Positions 35,777-46,561 are shown, counted from the stretch's first letter. The stretch is DNA of 64,000 bases from Magnetococcales bacterium (GCA_015228925.1 JADGCQ010000010.1:1128-65127); one strand, 5' to 3'. Notes: a model not told the origin generated them from the sequence alone. Numbers and translations are program-made.

Positions 35777-38700
35777 ATGGTTAAGAAAAGCATCCGTGTC
35801 AAGTTAATTAAGTATATTTCTGCCCTGGTAGCCATTACCGTTATCCTCTCCACCCTGTTTCTCTCGCTGCTTTTGTTTGGTCATATGGAACGGGAGCGTC
35901 GTGCGAACCTGTCCAATCAGGCGTTGCACGAAATGCTGCGTCTGGAACAGGTCATTGCCATGTTGGTGGAAAATACCCAGCGATTGACCGAAAACCACTT
36001 GGTGATCAATGGAATGATCGATCCCCAGGGACGGGAAACTTATCTCCCAAAAATTGTTGAAAATTTTATCTCTGGCCGGGATGTGATCTCCTTTTCCCTG
36101 GTCGATTTTGATGGTCGTCCACTCTTTGAAAAGGGAGAACATCCTGTTGACCTCAAGGAATCCGATCAATTACGTATCGCATTGGGAATGGGGCAACCAG
36201 GGATATTCCTGTCGCAGTCGGATCATCGTCTGGTGGTGGTTGCTCCCGTCCATTATTATGAAACCACGCAAGGGGCCATCGTTGTCAAATTTGACCTGGA
36301 AACGATATGTAAACGATTGTTTATAGGCGAAGAAGGGATATACCAAGCTTTTGTCCATGGGGAGGATAATCTGTATGTGTTTAATTTTCAGTCAGGTATG
36401 GATTATCTTTCCGAGACCGTCATGGCGGGAGATTCTGCCCCATTTTTGATGCAACTCAAAGGGGGCGTTCAAGTGGGAACGCCTACGGCGATTTTTTTGA
36501 TTCCCATTCAGAAAGCCATTGGCAACTTTGTATTGTTGGGATTGGTGCTGGTGGTGGGGGCGGTGGGGGCCTCCATGTGGTTGGGCCATAACATAGCCCG
36601 CCCCATCATTGTCTTGAGTGACAGGGTACGAAAAGTCGGTGTCGTTGGCGAATTATGTTGTTCACCCTTGGGAAGTGGGGATGAATTGGAACTCCTGGCC
36701 CAGACCTTCGACGAACGGACCCGTGAACTGAGTATGATTCAAAAAGAGCTGGAATATCGGGTTGCCGTGCGCACTTCCGAACTTAGGCGGAGCGAAGCCA
36801 GGCTGAACAAGGCGCAATCGGTGGCTCGCGTGGGAAGCTGGCAGTTGGGTATGACCTCTGGTCGTTTGACCTGGTCCGATGAAGTGTACCGCCTGTTTGA
36901 CATTCCCCAGCAAACCCCTTTGGACTATGAAACTTTTTTTATTCAGTTTGTTTACCCGGATGACCGTGAAAAGGTGGCTCAGGCTTGGCGAAATGCCCTG
37001 GCGGGTGTTTCTCCTTATGACGTAGAACATCGCATTGTGGTCAGTGGAGCCATTCGATGGATGCGGGAATTGGCGGAATTTGTCCGCGATGAACACGGGG
37101 TCGTCATCGAAGTCAACGGCACCGTCCAGGATATTACCGATCGTCAAGAGGCCCAGGAAAACATTCGCCTCCTGTCGCAGGCCATGGACCAAAGTTCGTC
37201 GGAAATTGTGATCACCGATCTGGATGGTCGGATCATCTATATCAACCCCAGGTGCATGGAGACGACCGGTTATTCACGGGATGAACTGATGCACCATAAT
37301 CCCAGACTTGTCCAATCGGGTAACACCCCTTTGAGTGTGTATCAAGACCTTTGGCAGACCATTTCCAATGGACAAACTTGGCGGGGGGAACTGCAAAATA
37401 AAAGAAAAGATGGAACCTTGTTTTGGGAATATGCTGTGATCACTCCGGTCCGTGACATGGACGGAACCATTACCCATTATCTGGCCATCAAGGATGACAT
37501 TACCGAAAAGAAACAATTGGAGGAAGAACGTCAACAAGCCCTGGCCAAGGCGGAACAGGCCAGTCGGGCCAAGTCTGAATTTTTGGCCAATATGAGTCAT
37601 GAAATTCGCACCCCGATGAATGCCATCATCGGTTTGAGTCATTTGTGCTTGCAAACCCAACTGACCGCCAAGCAGAAGGATTATATTCGCAAAGTACACA
37701 ACTCGGCCACATCTCTCCTGCGTATTATCAATGATATCCTTGATTTTTCAAAGATTGACGCCGGACGGTTGGATATGGAATCCATCGCCTTTACCTTGGA
37801 TGAATTGCTGGGCAACCTGGCCTCCATGATTACGTTGAAGGCTCATGAAAAGCGTTTGGAATTTATCATGAAGCCGGCACTGGATATTCCCCATGATCTG
37901 GTGGGGGATCCGCTCCGACTTGGGCAGGTTTTGCTGAATCTGGCCAGCAATGCCGTCAAGTTTACGCAGGAAGGGGAAATCTCCATCACGATCGAAGTGT
38001 TGCATCGGGAGGAGGGGTTTATCCGTTTGCAGTTTATCGTTGCGGATACCGGAATAGGGATGAGTGAGGAACAGATCGACGGATTATTTCAAGCATTCAG
38101 CCAAGCGGATACATCCATTACCCGCCGGTATGGTGGCACTGGCTTGGGATTGGCCATTTCCAAACGTTTGATTGAAATGATGGACGGCTCCATCCATGTG
38201 GAAAGCCAACTGGGTGTCGGTTCCCGATTTCGGTTTGATGTTCGTTTGGGGCTGGGAAAAGAGATGGCTCGTAGGCATTTGGTTCCTGCCAACGATTTTG
38301 CGGGCCGGAAGGTGTTGGTTGTGGATGACAATACCAGCACACGGGAGGTAATTGCATTTTATCTCACGGCGTTTACCTTTGATGTCACCCAGGCCCATGA
38401 TGGCAAGGAGGCGATCCGTGTGCTTGAGGAAGCACAACGATCGGGAGATCCGTTTGCGCTGGTCATCATGGATTACATGATGCCTGAGTTGGATGGTGTT
38501 GCGACCGCATCTTTGATCCGTTCCAATCTGGAATTGACTTCTCCACCGTTGATTATCATCACCAGTGCCTTTGGTGAAGAACAGGTGATCAGACGCGCTT
38601 CAGAAGAGGCTCAAATCGATGGCTTTCTTGCCAAACCCGTCAACCAGAGTCTGTTGTTTGAATCGATCATGGAAGTTTTTGGCAAGGTATCCCACGATGC

Positions 38701-39838
38701 AATCAATGATTCCCGTATTCAAGGTCAGGATCGGGAGATATTGGCTCAGTTGTCGGGTGCCCGAATTTTATTGGTGGAGGACAATGAAATCAATCAACAG
38801 GTGGCGCGGGAATTGTTGGAACAGGCCAACATTTGCGTGGTCGTGGCGGATGATGGGCAACAAGCGGTTGATTTGGTGTTTCGGGAACCCTTTGATGGCG
38901 TTTTGATGGATGTGCAGATGCCCATCATGGATGGCCTGACGGCGACGCGGGAAATTCGTAGGGATCCCCGTTTTTCCGATCTTCCCATTGTGGCAATGAC
39001 AGCGAACGCTATGTCCGGTGATCGTGAGTTGTGTATAGAGGCGGGGATGCAGGACCATATTGCCAAGCCGGTGGATCCAAAGGCCATGGTCACGACTTTG
39101 GCCCGTTGGATCAAGCCTTCCGTCCCCCAACCTTTTCCTGAAGCAATCCGGGACCAGGATGGGGTTGGAAAACTGCAACCGGCACCGGAGGTATTGCCGA
39201 CGATTGCAGGCATCGATGTGCATGTGGGTGTCAAGCACCTGGGAGGTCAATGGCAAAGTTATCTTGAGTTATTGGCCAAATTTCGGAGAAACCAGGAAGG
39301 GACGGTTTATGCCATTCAGGCGGCTTTGCAAACCAGGGATATGGAGACGGCGCAGCGATTGGCTCATACCTTAAAAGGGGTTGCCGCGACGGTTGGTGCG
39401 ACCTCCATGGCGCGTAAGGCGGGTCAACTTGAATCTTGTTTTAGAGACAATCAACATCACGATCAATGGGATGACTGGTTGGCGATTTTGGCCAACGAAC
39501 TTGAAGAGCTTTGCAAAGCCATTGATCATGCCCTTCCGAACAAGCCAGACCCGGGGATCTCGATGGGCTTGGCGCAGATGGATGATGGGGAGAGCGCGCT
39601 AACGATTGTTCAACGGAATACGTTGTTATGTGAACTTTTTCAACAATTATCGGCTTTTGATTCGGTTGTAGAAGAAACTTTGAACCAGTTGCGACAGTTG
39701 CCATTGTCGGAGGATGTGGGTAAGGCTATTCAAAAGATTGCGGACAAGGTATCCTTGTACGATTTCGAGGCGGCAGCCGTTGAACTCAATCAGTTTGCCC
39801 AGGGCATTGGTCTTGAGTTGGAGCCTTTGCATCATTGA
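35777..39838 (+). CDS. hybrid sensor histidine kinase (periplasmic sensor-HAMP-PAS-PAS-HisKA-HATPase-REC-REC-HPt)
   Basis: H-box MSHEIRTPMNAIIGL; G2 box GTGLGLAISKRLIEMMDG; receivers VLVVDDNTSTREV...MDYMMPELDG and ILLVEDNEINQQV...MDVQMPIMDG; HPt HTLKGVAATVGA. Start taken at ATG 35777, after the upstream stop; the ORF track starts at 35726. Confidence 0.88.
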   Translation: MVKKSIRVKLIKYISALVAITVILSTLFLSLLLFGHMERERRANLSNQALHEMLRLEQVIAMLVENTQRLTENHLVINGMIDPQGRETYLPKIVENFISGRDVISFSLVDFDGRPLFEKGEHPVDLKESDQLRIALGMGQPGIFLSQSDHRLVVVAPVHYYETTQGAIVVKFDLETICKRLFIGEEGIYQAFVHGEDNLYVFNFQSGMDYLSETVMAGDSAPFLMQLKGGVQVGTPTAIFLIPIQKAIGNFVLLGLVLVVGAVGASMWLGHNIARPIIVLSDRVRKVGVVGELCCSPLGSGDELELLAQTFDERTRELSMIQKELEYRVAVRTSELRRSEARLNKAQSVARVGSWQLGMTSGRLTWSDEVYRLFDIPQQTPLDYETFFIQFVYPDDREKVAQAWRNALAGVSPYDVEHRIVVSGAIRWMRELAEFVRDEHGVVIEVNGTVQDITDRQEAQENIRLLSQAMDQSSSEIVITDLDGRIIYINPRCMETTGYSRDELMHHNPRLVQSGNTPLSVYQDLWQTISNGQTWRGELQNKRKDGTLFWEYAVITPVRDMDGTITHYLAIKDDITEKKQLEEERQQALAKAEQASRAKSEFLANMSHEIRTPMNAIIGLSHLCLQTQLTAKQKDYIRKVHNSATSLLRIINDILDFSKIDAGRLDMESIAFTLDELLGNLASMITLKAHEKRLEFIMKPALDIPHDLVGDPLRLGQVLLNLASNAVKFTQEGEISITIEVLHREEGFIRLQFIVADTGIGMSEEQIDGLFQAFSQADTSITRRYGGTGLGLAISKRLIEMMDGSIHVESQLGVGSRFRFDVRLGLGKEMARRHLVPANDFAGRKVLVVDDNTSTREVIAFYLTAFTFDVTQAHDGKEAIRVLEEAQRSGDPFALVIMDYMMPELDGVATASLIRSNLELTSPPLIIITSAFGEEQVIRRASEEAQIDGFLAKPVNQSLLFESIMEVFGKVSHDAINDSRIQGQDREILAQLSGARILLVEDNEINQQVARELLEQANICVVVADDGQQAVDLVFREPFDGVLMDVQMPIMDGLTATREIRRDPRFSDLPIVAMTANAMSGDRELCIEAGMQDHIAKPVDPKAMVTTLARWIKPSVPQPFPEAIRDQDGVGKLQPAPEVLPTIAGIDVHVGVKHLGGQWQSYLELLAKFRRNQEGTVYAIQAALQTRDMETAQRLAHTLKGVAATVGATSMARKAGQLESCFRDNQHHDQWDDWLAILANELEELCKAIDHALPNKPDPGISMGLAQMDDGESALTIVQRNTLLCELFQQLSAFDSVVEETLNQLRQLPLSEDVGKAIQKIADKVSLYDFEAAAVELNQFAQGIGLELEPLHH

Positions 39839-39863
39839 ACCCGCTTGCCATGTTGAGAAAACA

Positions 39864-41021
39864 ATGTTGCGTACCATGAACGAACCCGATGAAAAAATAG
39901 GTGTCATCCTGTTGGTGGATGACCAACCGGAGAGCATTCATGTCGTGAAAGCCGCTTTGGACAAGCATTTTATCTTGAAAATTGCCACGCGGGGGGAATT
40001 GGCATTAAAAATTGCGGCTTTGGGTGGCATTGACCTGATTCTCCTGGATGTGGTCATGCCGGGTATGGATGGCTATGAAGTGTGTCGTCGTTTGAAGGCG
40101 GATGTGCAGACGCAGGATATCCCTATTATTTTTCTGACATCCAAAGACAATCAGGAAGATGAAATGGTTGGTTTGCGTCTTGGTGCGGATGATTTCATCC
40201 GCAAACCCAGCAACCCATCCATCGTGTTGCTCCGGTGCATCAACATTGTCACCTATCAACGGACCAAGAGTGAGTTGGCTCAAAGAAACCATGAGTTGCA
40301 ACAATCATTGATTGTTCGGGAAAACATTGAGCGGCTTGCTCAACATGATCTTAAGGGACCGCTGACGGGCATTATTGGTGTTCCCCAAATTCTTCTGGAG
40401 GCGGATAACCTGACGGAGGGACAAAAATCAATTCTTAAGATGATGGAAAAAAGCGGATATGCCATGCTGGAGATGATCAACCGCTCTCTGGATTTGTTCA
40501 AAATGGAAAATGGTAGTTATCTGCTGAATCCAGAACGATTTGACCTGTTGGAAATATTGGAAAGAATCGCCGCCGATTTAAAACGATCCGCTGCGACAAA
40601 AGGGGTGACGATTCAAATCGTGCCTCCCGATGGTGGACCGTGTGAGGTTGTTGGGGAGAAAATGTTGTGTTATCCCATGTTTTTTAACCTGATTTTGAAT
40701 GCGATCGAAGCTTCCAATCACAATGATATTGTGGTTGTTCACTGGTCCAGTGGTTTTGGCGGAAAAAGTGTGCGGATTACCAACAGCGGTGAAGTTCCCC
40801 AGGCCATCCGGGAGCGGTTTTTCGATAAATATGTGACATCCGGCAAAAGAAATGGGACGGGTCTGGGAACCTATTCCGCATGGCTTTCGGCCAGAACCCA
40901 ACACGGGGAGATTGCGTTGGATTCCAGCCAGCCTGGGAAAACGTCGGTTGTTGTCACTCTGCCATTTTCTGAAGCGTTCACGAAACCCGCTTTTTCTGCA
41001 ATGTTGCATCCTGCCATTTAA
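39864..41021 (+). CDS. response regulator-histidine kinase fusion (REC-HisKA-HATPase)
   Basis: Receiver ILLVDDQPESIHVV...LDVVMPGMDGYEV; H-box AQHDLKGPLTGIIG; GTGLGTYSA. Start taken at ATG 39864 (MLRTMNEPDEK), downstream of the previous stop. Confidence 0.85.
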   Translation: MLRTMNEPDEKIGVILLVDDQPESIHVVKAALDKHFILKIATRGELALKIAALGGIDLILLDVVMPGMDGYEVCRRLKADVQTQDIPIIFLTSKDNQEDEMVGLRLGADDFIRKPSNPSIVLLRCINIVTYQRTKSELAQRNHELQQSLIVRENIERLAQHDLKGPLTGIIGVPQILLEADNLTEGQKSILKMMEKSGYAMLEMINRSLDLFKMENGSYLLNPERFDLLEILERIAADLKRSAATKGVTIQIVPPDGGPCEVVGEKMLCYPMFFNLILNAIEASNHNDIVVVHWSSGFGGKSVRITNSGEVPQAIRERFFDKYVTSGKRNGTGLGTYSAWLSARTQHGEIALDSSQPGKTSVVVTLPFSEAFTKPAFSAMLHPAI

Positions 41022-41104
41022 TAGTGCGATTGGGGTACTGGTTCGGCAGGGCAATCGCATTTAAAATTGGCACACCCAAATGCCTCGGCAAAAATAAATG
41101 ATTA

Positions 41105-41309
41105 AAAGAAAAAAGGGGTCTGGGGGATTGCCCCCAGGGTTTTGACTTTAAATCAAAAGCTTCAATGTTCTGCTTTTGAATCTTTTTTTGATATTTGAAT
41201 CAAAAGCCTGAAAATAGAGAAAAAATTCAAAAGCTTAAACATGGAAACCTTTTTGTTCAAATTCAAAGTCAAAACCCTGGGGGCAATCCCCCAGACCCCT
41301 TTTTTCTTT
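41105..41309. repeat. MITE-like palindromic element (45-bp terminal inverted repeats, 115-bp core)
   Basis: 41105-41149 is the exact reverse complement of 41265-41309 (aaagaaaaaaggggtctgggggattgcccccagggttttgacttt). Each arm holds its own hairpin CTGGGGG-attg-CCCCCAG. The core carries three TCAAAAGC(T/C)T copies. Sits between convergent genes. Confidence 0.8.
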
Positions 41310-41439
41310 CAATAATATTTTATGGGTATCAACAAATTACTTCAATATCAACACGCCCTGGTGTTTCAGAAATTTCAAATGCGATTGCCCTGACTGGTTC
41401 GGTCGAATGGGACACGGCCACCGAAATGAGAAGGAAACC

Positions 41440-41691
41440 CTATCCAAACAGGTTCCTCAAGGCGGGTAGAACGGTCACGATGATGATCAACGCCAACATC
41501 CCCTTGATGACCGCCAGATCGGTGCGAATGGGGGCAAGTTCTTTCTCCATGTCGTGCTTTGTCACCAGTGCGTCCAAACTGGCTTTCTGCGTCTCCTGGA
41601 TGGCAGCCGCCATACCCTTTTGGGGATCATCAAACCCTGATGCCTTGAGCGTCTCCACGAACTTGAGTGTGTCAAAGGTGATGGTGGTCAT
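41440..41691 (-). CDS. DUF1640-like small coiled-coil protein with a C-terminal TM helix
   Basis: 83 aa: MTTITFDTLKFVETLKASGFDDPQKG...DMEKELAPIRTDLAVIKGMLALIIIVTVLPAL. Pattern recalled from the DUF1640 family; not verified. Confidence 0.5.
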   Translation of the reverse strand: MTTITFDTLKFVETLKASGFDDPQKGMAAAIQETQKASLDALVTKHDMEKELAPIRTDLAVIKGMLALIIIVTVLPALRNLFG

Positions 41692-41847
41692 GTCAGGTGG
41701 TTCTCCAAGAAAAATGGACGATGCCTACGTCACACCACGGATCCTCCCCAAGTCAGGAAAAATATTTGACAACCCCCGCCGGGGGGATAATCCCCCCGGC
41801 CCCCCGCAATCGTTTTTTTAAACGACGCATCCCGAACTGGTTTCGGT

Positions 41848-42156
41848 TCAGTGGGCAACCTTTTTCTTCTTTTTCTCGGCGTGGGTCTTGAGTTCTTCGG
41901 TGAGGGTATCAATGGTGTCGTTGACAGCCGCCATGACCGTTGCCGACTCTCTGGTGGCCGTGATGGTGCTGCCGGGAACATTGATCACCGCCTTGGCTTC
42001 GGCGCGCTGCTCGTTTTTGTGCGCATGTTTCTCAATGGTAAAACGGGCACTGGTTATGGGGCCGAATCGTTGATCCAAATTTTCCAATCGTTTGGTGATT
42101 CGGTCCTTCAGTTCATCGCCGATATCCAGTTGGCGGCCTTCAAGTTTAATTTCCAT
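41848..42156 (-). CDS. hpf: ribosome hibernation promoting factor (HPF/RaiA, short form)
   Basis: MEIKLEGRQLDIGDELKDRITKRLENLDQRF...TATRESATVMAAVNDTIDTLTEELKTH resembles the E. coli HPF layout. Start at ATG 42156; the ORF track extends to 42195. Confidence 0.8.
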   Translation of the reverse strand: MEIKLEGRQLDIGDELKDRITKRLENLDQRFGPITSARFTIEKHAHKNEQRAEAKAVINVPGSTITATRESATVMAAVNDTIDTLTEELKTHAEKKKKKVAH

Positions 42157-42388
42157 CTTTTTTTTCTTTCCCCTGTTGCCAAAGGTCTTTCCCAAAATCC
42201 CAAGACCATGTGACCGTTCTCACGTAAAAGGTCTGGGACACCCAGTTGTTGTGTATGGACCCGCAAAGAGTCGTTCCAAAAAAATCAGGCCAGAAGCGAA
42301 CCCATGGACTGTTAACCACAGGCTTTCTGGCCATAAACACCCCTATCAGGGAGAAAAATCCCCTCCCTGACAGGGAATTTCCGACTTT

Positions 42389-44263
42389 CTATCCAATGGT
42401 TACCAGAGGGGCACCCACATTGACCATATCGCCCTTCTTGACGCTGATTGCGGTAATGGTGCCATCCTTGGGGGCATGAATTTCCGCTTCCATCTTCATG
42501 GCCTCGATGATGATGATGACATCTCCCGTCTTGACCGGCTTGCCAATTTCCGCAACAACCTTGCAGATGGTCCCAGAGAGGTTGGAAGGGACAACCAAAC
42601 TTTTTCCATCCGCAGGCACCGATACGGCACCCGCTTTGGCGGCGGCTTTGGAACTTGAAGCTTTGCGCGGTTTTGCAGACTGCCTGGAGGCGGCTTCACC
42701 GCCACCCCCCGCTGCCGGGAGAAAGCCCCAGCATTTGGAATAAACATCACCGATATAGACCATCTGTCTCCCTTCGGTGCTTTCCGCAGGGGCGGACGCC
42801 GCAGCGGCTGGGGCGGCGGCTTCTGCCGCTGGTTTGGCCGCCTGGGCACCGGGAGCCGGCTCAAAGGCACTCGGATTATCGCGGTTTTCCAGGAATTTCA
42901 AGCCGACCTGGGCAAATAAGGCGTAGATCATGACATCATCGATGACATCTTTGGCCAGCTTGATCCCTTTTTCTTTGGCCAGATTCTTGACTTCTTCGGT
43001 CAGCTTATCCACTTCCGGTTCCAGGAGATCCGCCGGACGGCAGGTGATGGGTTTTTCCCCTTTTTCCAACACCCGTGCTTGCAACTCTTTGTTCATGGGG
43101 GCGGGGGTGGCACCATACTCACCGCGCAGGATGCCGCGTGTCTCTTTGGCGATATTCTTGTACCGCTCGCCGCTCAACACGTTGAAAACCGCTTGGCTAC
43201 CGACAATCTGCGATGTGGGGGTTACCAGAGGAATGTAGCCCAAATCTTTGCGTACCCGGGGGATCTCTTCGAGAACGGCGTCAAATTTATCCATCGCCCC
43301 TTGTTGCTTGAGTTGGCTTTCCATGTTGGTCAACATACCGCCCGGAACCTGGGCAACCAAAATGCGGGAATCCACCCCTTTGAGCGAGCCTTCAAACTGG
43401 GCGTATTTTTTCCGAACTTCGCGGAAATAGGCGGCGATTTCTTCAAGCTTTTTGATATCCAGGCCGGTGTCGCGTGGCGTCCCACCCAGGATGGAGACCA
43501 CCGATTCGGTAGCGGAATGGCCATAAGTCATACACATGGAGGAGATGGAGGTATCCACCATGTCGATTCCCGCCTCACACGCCTTGACGATGGCCGCCGT
43601 GGACATACCGGTGGTGGCATGGCAATGCATGGCGATGGGAAGCTTGACCGTTTCCTTGAGTTTGCTGACCAACTCTTCGGCGGTGTAGGGATTGATCAAC
43701 CCGGACATGTCTTTGATGCAGATGGAGTGGGTTCCCATATCTTCCATCTTTTTGGCCATATCCAGCCAAAACTGGGTTTTATGGACCGGACTCAGGGTGT
43801 AGGAGAGGGTTCCCTGGGCATGTTTGCCCACTTTGACGACGGAACGGATAGCCGTTTCCAGGTTGCGCACATCGTTCATGGCATCAAAGATGCGAAAGAC
43901 ATCCATGCCGTTGACGGCGCAACGCTCGACAAATTTTTCGACCACATCGTCGGCATAATGCCGATAACCCAGAATGTTTTGCCCTCTGAAGAGCATCTGC
44001 ATGGGGGTTTTCGGCATGGCTGCCTTGAGACGCCGGAGTCTTTCCCAGGGATCTTCACCCAGGAATCGGATACAGGCATCGAAGGTGGCTCCCCCCCATG
44101 TTTCCAATGACCAATACCCGACTTCATCAAGCTTGGCGGCGATGGGAAGCATGTCGTCGATGCGCATGCGGGTGGCAAGCAAGGATTGATGGGCGTCCCG
44201 AAGAACGACCTCAGTAATTCCAAGGGGTTTTGTTTTCATAGTTTTTCCATGTTTCCTGGTCAT
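42389..44263 (-). CDS. biotin-dependent carboxyltransferase + biotinyl carrier fusion (oxaloacetate decarboxylase alpha / pyruvate carboxylase subunit B-like)
   Basis: 624 aa. [40 protein letters not shown]. Ala/Pro/Gly-rich linker, then biotinylation motif [11 protein letters not shown]. Confidence 0.85.
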   Translation of the reverse strand: MTRKHGKTMKTKPLGITEVVLRDAHQSLLATRMRIDDMLPIAAKLDEVGYWSLETWGGATFDACIRFLGEDPWERLRRLKAAMPKTPMQMLFRGQNILGYRHYADDVVEKFVERCAVNGMDVFRIFDAMNDVRNLETAIRSVVKVGKHAQGTLSYTLSPVHKTQFWLDMAKKMEDMGTHSICIKDMSGLINPYTAEELVSKLKETVKLPIAMHCHATTGMSTAAIVKACEAGIDMVDTSISSMCMTYGHSATESVVSILGGTPRDTGLDIKKLEEIAAYFREVRKKYAQFEGSLKGVDSRILVAQVPGGMLTNMESQLKQQGAMDKFDAVLEEIPRVRKDLGYIPLVTPTSQIVGSQAVFNVLSGERYKNIAKETRGILRGEYGATPAPMNKELQARVLEKGEKPITCRPADLLEPEVDKLTEEVKNLAKEKGIKLAKDVIDDVMIYALFAQVGLKFLENRDNPSAFEPAPGAQAAKPAAEAAAPAAAASAPAESTEGRQMVYIGDVYSKCWGFLPAAGGGGEAASRQSAKPRKASSSKAAAKAGAVSVPADGKSLVVPSNLSGTICKVVAEIGKPVKTGDVIIIIEAMKMEAEIHAPKDGTITAISVKKGDMVNVGAPLVTIG

Positions 44264-44440
44264 GACGCTGTTTGAAAACCAAGTTGGTAAATGGGATAAT
44301 TAACAATACTACAATGACGATGCGACGGAACGCATCCCTGCCAGAGCGGGGCCAGAACGGGCTTGGCCCACAAACCAAGCTCCCACACCAAAGCCCAAGG
44401 GCAAGCGAAACATTCCATAAAATTCATACATGCTTGTGCA

Positions 44441-45328
44441 TCATACCACCTTTTTTAAGTCAAATTCCAGGATGCCAGTTGCTCCCGCCTCTTTTAACTT
44501 GGGGAGGAGATCCCGGACCATGGATCGGTCCACGACGGTCTCCACGGCACGCCAGCGGTCATCCAGGAGTGGATTGACGGTGGGCGAGGTCAAGCTAGGG
44601 AGAATGGACATGATGCCGTCCAGATTGTGTGTTGGAACGTTCATTTTTAACAATACTTTGTGGCGGGCGTCGAGGGCCGCTTTCAGCAACAGGGCGATTT
44701 GATCAATTTTTTCCCGTTTCCATGATACTTGCATCGCCTGGGGGTTGGCGATGAGCTTGGTACGGGTAACCAGGAGTTCTTCGACGATTCTGAGCCGATG
44801 CGCCCGCAGGGTCGAGCCGGTTTCGGTGATTTCCACCACCGCGTCCACCAATCCTTCCACGACTTTGGCCTCGGTGGCCCCCCAGGAAAAAATAACCTCA
44901 GCCTTAACCCCCCGCTCTTCCAGGTAGCGGCGGGTAAAATTTTGCAACTCGGTGGCGATCCGTTTCCCTTGCAAATCCTGAACGCTTTGGATGGGGGAGT
45001 TTTCCGGGGCCACCAAAACCCAGCGGCATGGCTGGTTGGAGCTTTTGGAATATTCCAGGGTGGCCACATCGGTGATTTGGTCCTGGCAATCGCGTTCGAT
45101 GATCCAGTCCCAACCGGTCAACGCCGCATCCAGGGTGCCATCGGCGACGTACAGGGCCATTTCCTGGGGCCGCATAAGCTTGCAGATCAGGGATGGGTCA
45201 TCGACCGTCGGAAAATAGTTGCGGGCGTTGATACCAATGGACCATCCCGCCTGGGCAAACAGTTCGACGGTGGCCTTTTCCAGGCTCCCTTTGGGGATTC
45301 CCAATTTAAGCTGATTTGGTGCATTCAT
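44441..45328 (-). CDS. hisG: ATP phosphoribosyltransferase (long form)
   Basis: 295 aa from MNAPNQLKLGIPKGSLEKATVELFAQAGW. Start set at ATG 45328, because the 5' part of the 387-aa track ORF runs into gph. Confidence 0.85.
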   Translation of the reverse strand: MNAPNQLKLGIPKGSLEKATVELFAQAGWSIGINARNYFPTVDDPSLICKLMRPQEMALYVADGTLDAALTGWDWIIERDCQDQITDVATLEYSKSSNQPCRWVLVAPENSPIQSVQDLQGKRIATELQNFTRRYLEERGVKAEVIFSWGATEAKVVEGLVDAVVEITETGSTLRAHRLRIVEELLVTRTKLIANPQAMQVSWKREKIDQIALLLKAALDARHKVLLKMNVPTHNLDGIMSILPSLTSPTVNPLLDDRWRAVETVVDRSMVRDLLPKLKEAGATGILEFDLKKVV

Positions 45329-45344
45329 TCTCGTCTCGCCAGTA

Positions 45345-46037
45345 TCAATCCTGGGGGTGACCCAGGAGTTCGATGAGTTGATTGAAATGATGGATAATAC
45401 CGTCGGGGTGAAGATCTTCCAATGGTTCTCCACGATTATATCCGTGGGATACGAGGAACAGTTTGCAGCCCGCATTCTTGGCCGCGAGCGCATCGGTTTC
45501 GGAATCACCGACCATGACCGTTGTTGCCGCATGAGCTTGTAATTGCGACATGGCATGGTGCAGGGGGAGGGGATTGGGTTTGCGTTCCGCCAGGGTATCG
45601 CCACCGACCACTACGGGGAAAAAACGGGTTAGATCGAGATCATCCAACATGAGGTGGGTGAGAAATTCCGGTTTGTTGGTGACCACCGCCATGGGACAAT
45701 TGTGGCGTTGCAGGGTTTCCAGGGTTTCGATAACACCGGGATAGGGGTGGGAATGATCGGTGAGGTGTTGGCGATAATAATCGAGAAATTCGGTGACCGC
45801 CGCCTCAAAATCGGGATCATCCACGGGCGGTATGGCTCCCAATCCCCATAATCCCCGTGCTAAAAGATAGCGCGCCCCATTGCCGACATAATCGCGGACC
45901 AATTCCAGGGGGAGTTCCGAGTGTCCCCGCCGGGTGATGACATGATTGGTCGCCCGCCATAAATCGGGGGCAGAGTCCACCAGGGTGCCGTCCAGATCAA
46001 ACAGGATGGTCCGTATTGTCGAGGGAAAAGTCATCAT
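45345..46037 (-). CDS. gph: phosphoglycolate phosphatase (HAD superfamily)
   Basis: 230 aa. HAD motifs ILFDLDGTLVDS, VVTNKP, MVGDSETDALAAKNAG. Confidence 0.8.
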   Translation of the reverse strand: MMTFPSTIRTILFDLDGTLVDSAPDLWRATNHVITRRGHSELPLELVRDYVGNGARYLLARGLWGLGAIPPVDDPDFEAAVTEFLDYYRQHLTDHSHPYPGVIETLETLQRHNCPMAVVTNKPEFLTHLMLDDLDLTRFFPVVVGGDTLAERKPNPLPLHHAMSQLQAHAATTVMVGDSETDALAAKNAGCKLFLVSHGYNRGEPLEDLHPDGIIHHFNQLIELLGHPQD

Positions 46038-46561
46038 TGCATCCGGGAGATATGGGGTAGTCCGCGATAATTTCCGTCATGATCCAGACCATAGCCTACC
46101 ATGAATCCGTCGGGTACCTGGAACCCTACATGATCGACTTGGACGTTGACCTGCCGCCCGGAAGGTTTATCCAACAGGACGACGGTGATCACTTCGGCTG
46201 CCCCCTTATTGATAAGGTGAGTTTGGAGTGTTTTCAAGGTATATCCCGAATCAAGGATCTCATCCAAGAGAATCACCGGATGGCCTCGGATATCCAGGGT
46301 GTGATCCAGGATGATTTGGATGGCTCCGGGGCTGGAGGTTCCCGCCCCGTAGGAGGAAGCGGTGATAAAATCGACCCTGGGATTGACACTCAGGCGGCTC
46401 AGGGCGCGTACCAAGTCGGCGGCGAAGATGAAGGCCCCTTTCAGGATTGCCAGGATGATGGGATTGGGTTTCAGGACTGGAAGGAGTTCCTGTGCCAGTT
46501 CGGTAATACGCTGGCTGATGCGTGTTTCATCGAGAACCGTGTGTAAGACGGGGGGATTCAT
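46034..46561 (-). CDS. hpt: hypoxanthine phosphoribosyltransferase
   Basis: 175 aa from MNPPVLHTVL. PRPP motif VILLDEILDSGYTL. ATG 46561 overlaps the metW stop (ATGA); the longer track ORF overlaps metW. Confidence 0.85.
   Translation of the reverse strand: MNPPVLHTVLDETRISQRITELAQELLPVLKPNPIILAILKGAFIFAADLVRALSRLSVNPRVDFITASSYGAGTSSPGAIQIILDHTLDIRGHPVILLDEILDSGYTLKTLQTHLINKGAAEVITVVLLDKPSGRQVNVQVDHVGFQVPDGFMVGYGLDHDGNYRGLPHISRMQ

Noticed and set aside
41068-41083. TGGCAC...TGC sigma-54-like sequence downstream of the REC-HK gene.
   Set aside because: The GG to GC spacing is 11 nt instead of 10, and no downstream gene lies in that orientation.
41195-41821. 208-aa plus-strand ORF.
   Set aside because: It starts inside the MITE-like element, is translated through its inverted repeat, and runs antisense to the DUF1640-like gene. 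It has no RBS or motif and is likely spurious.
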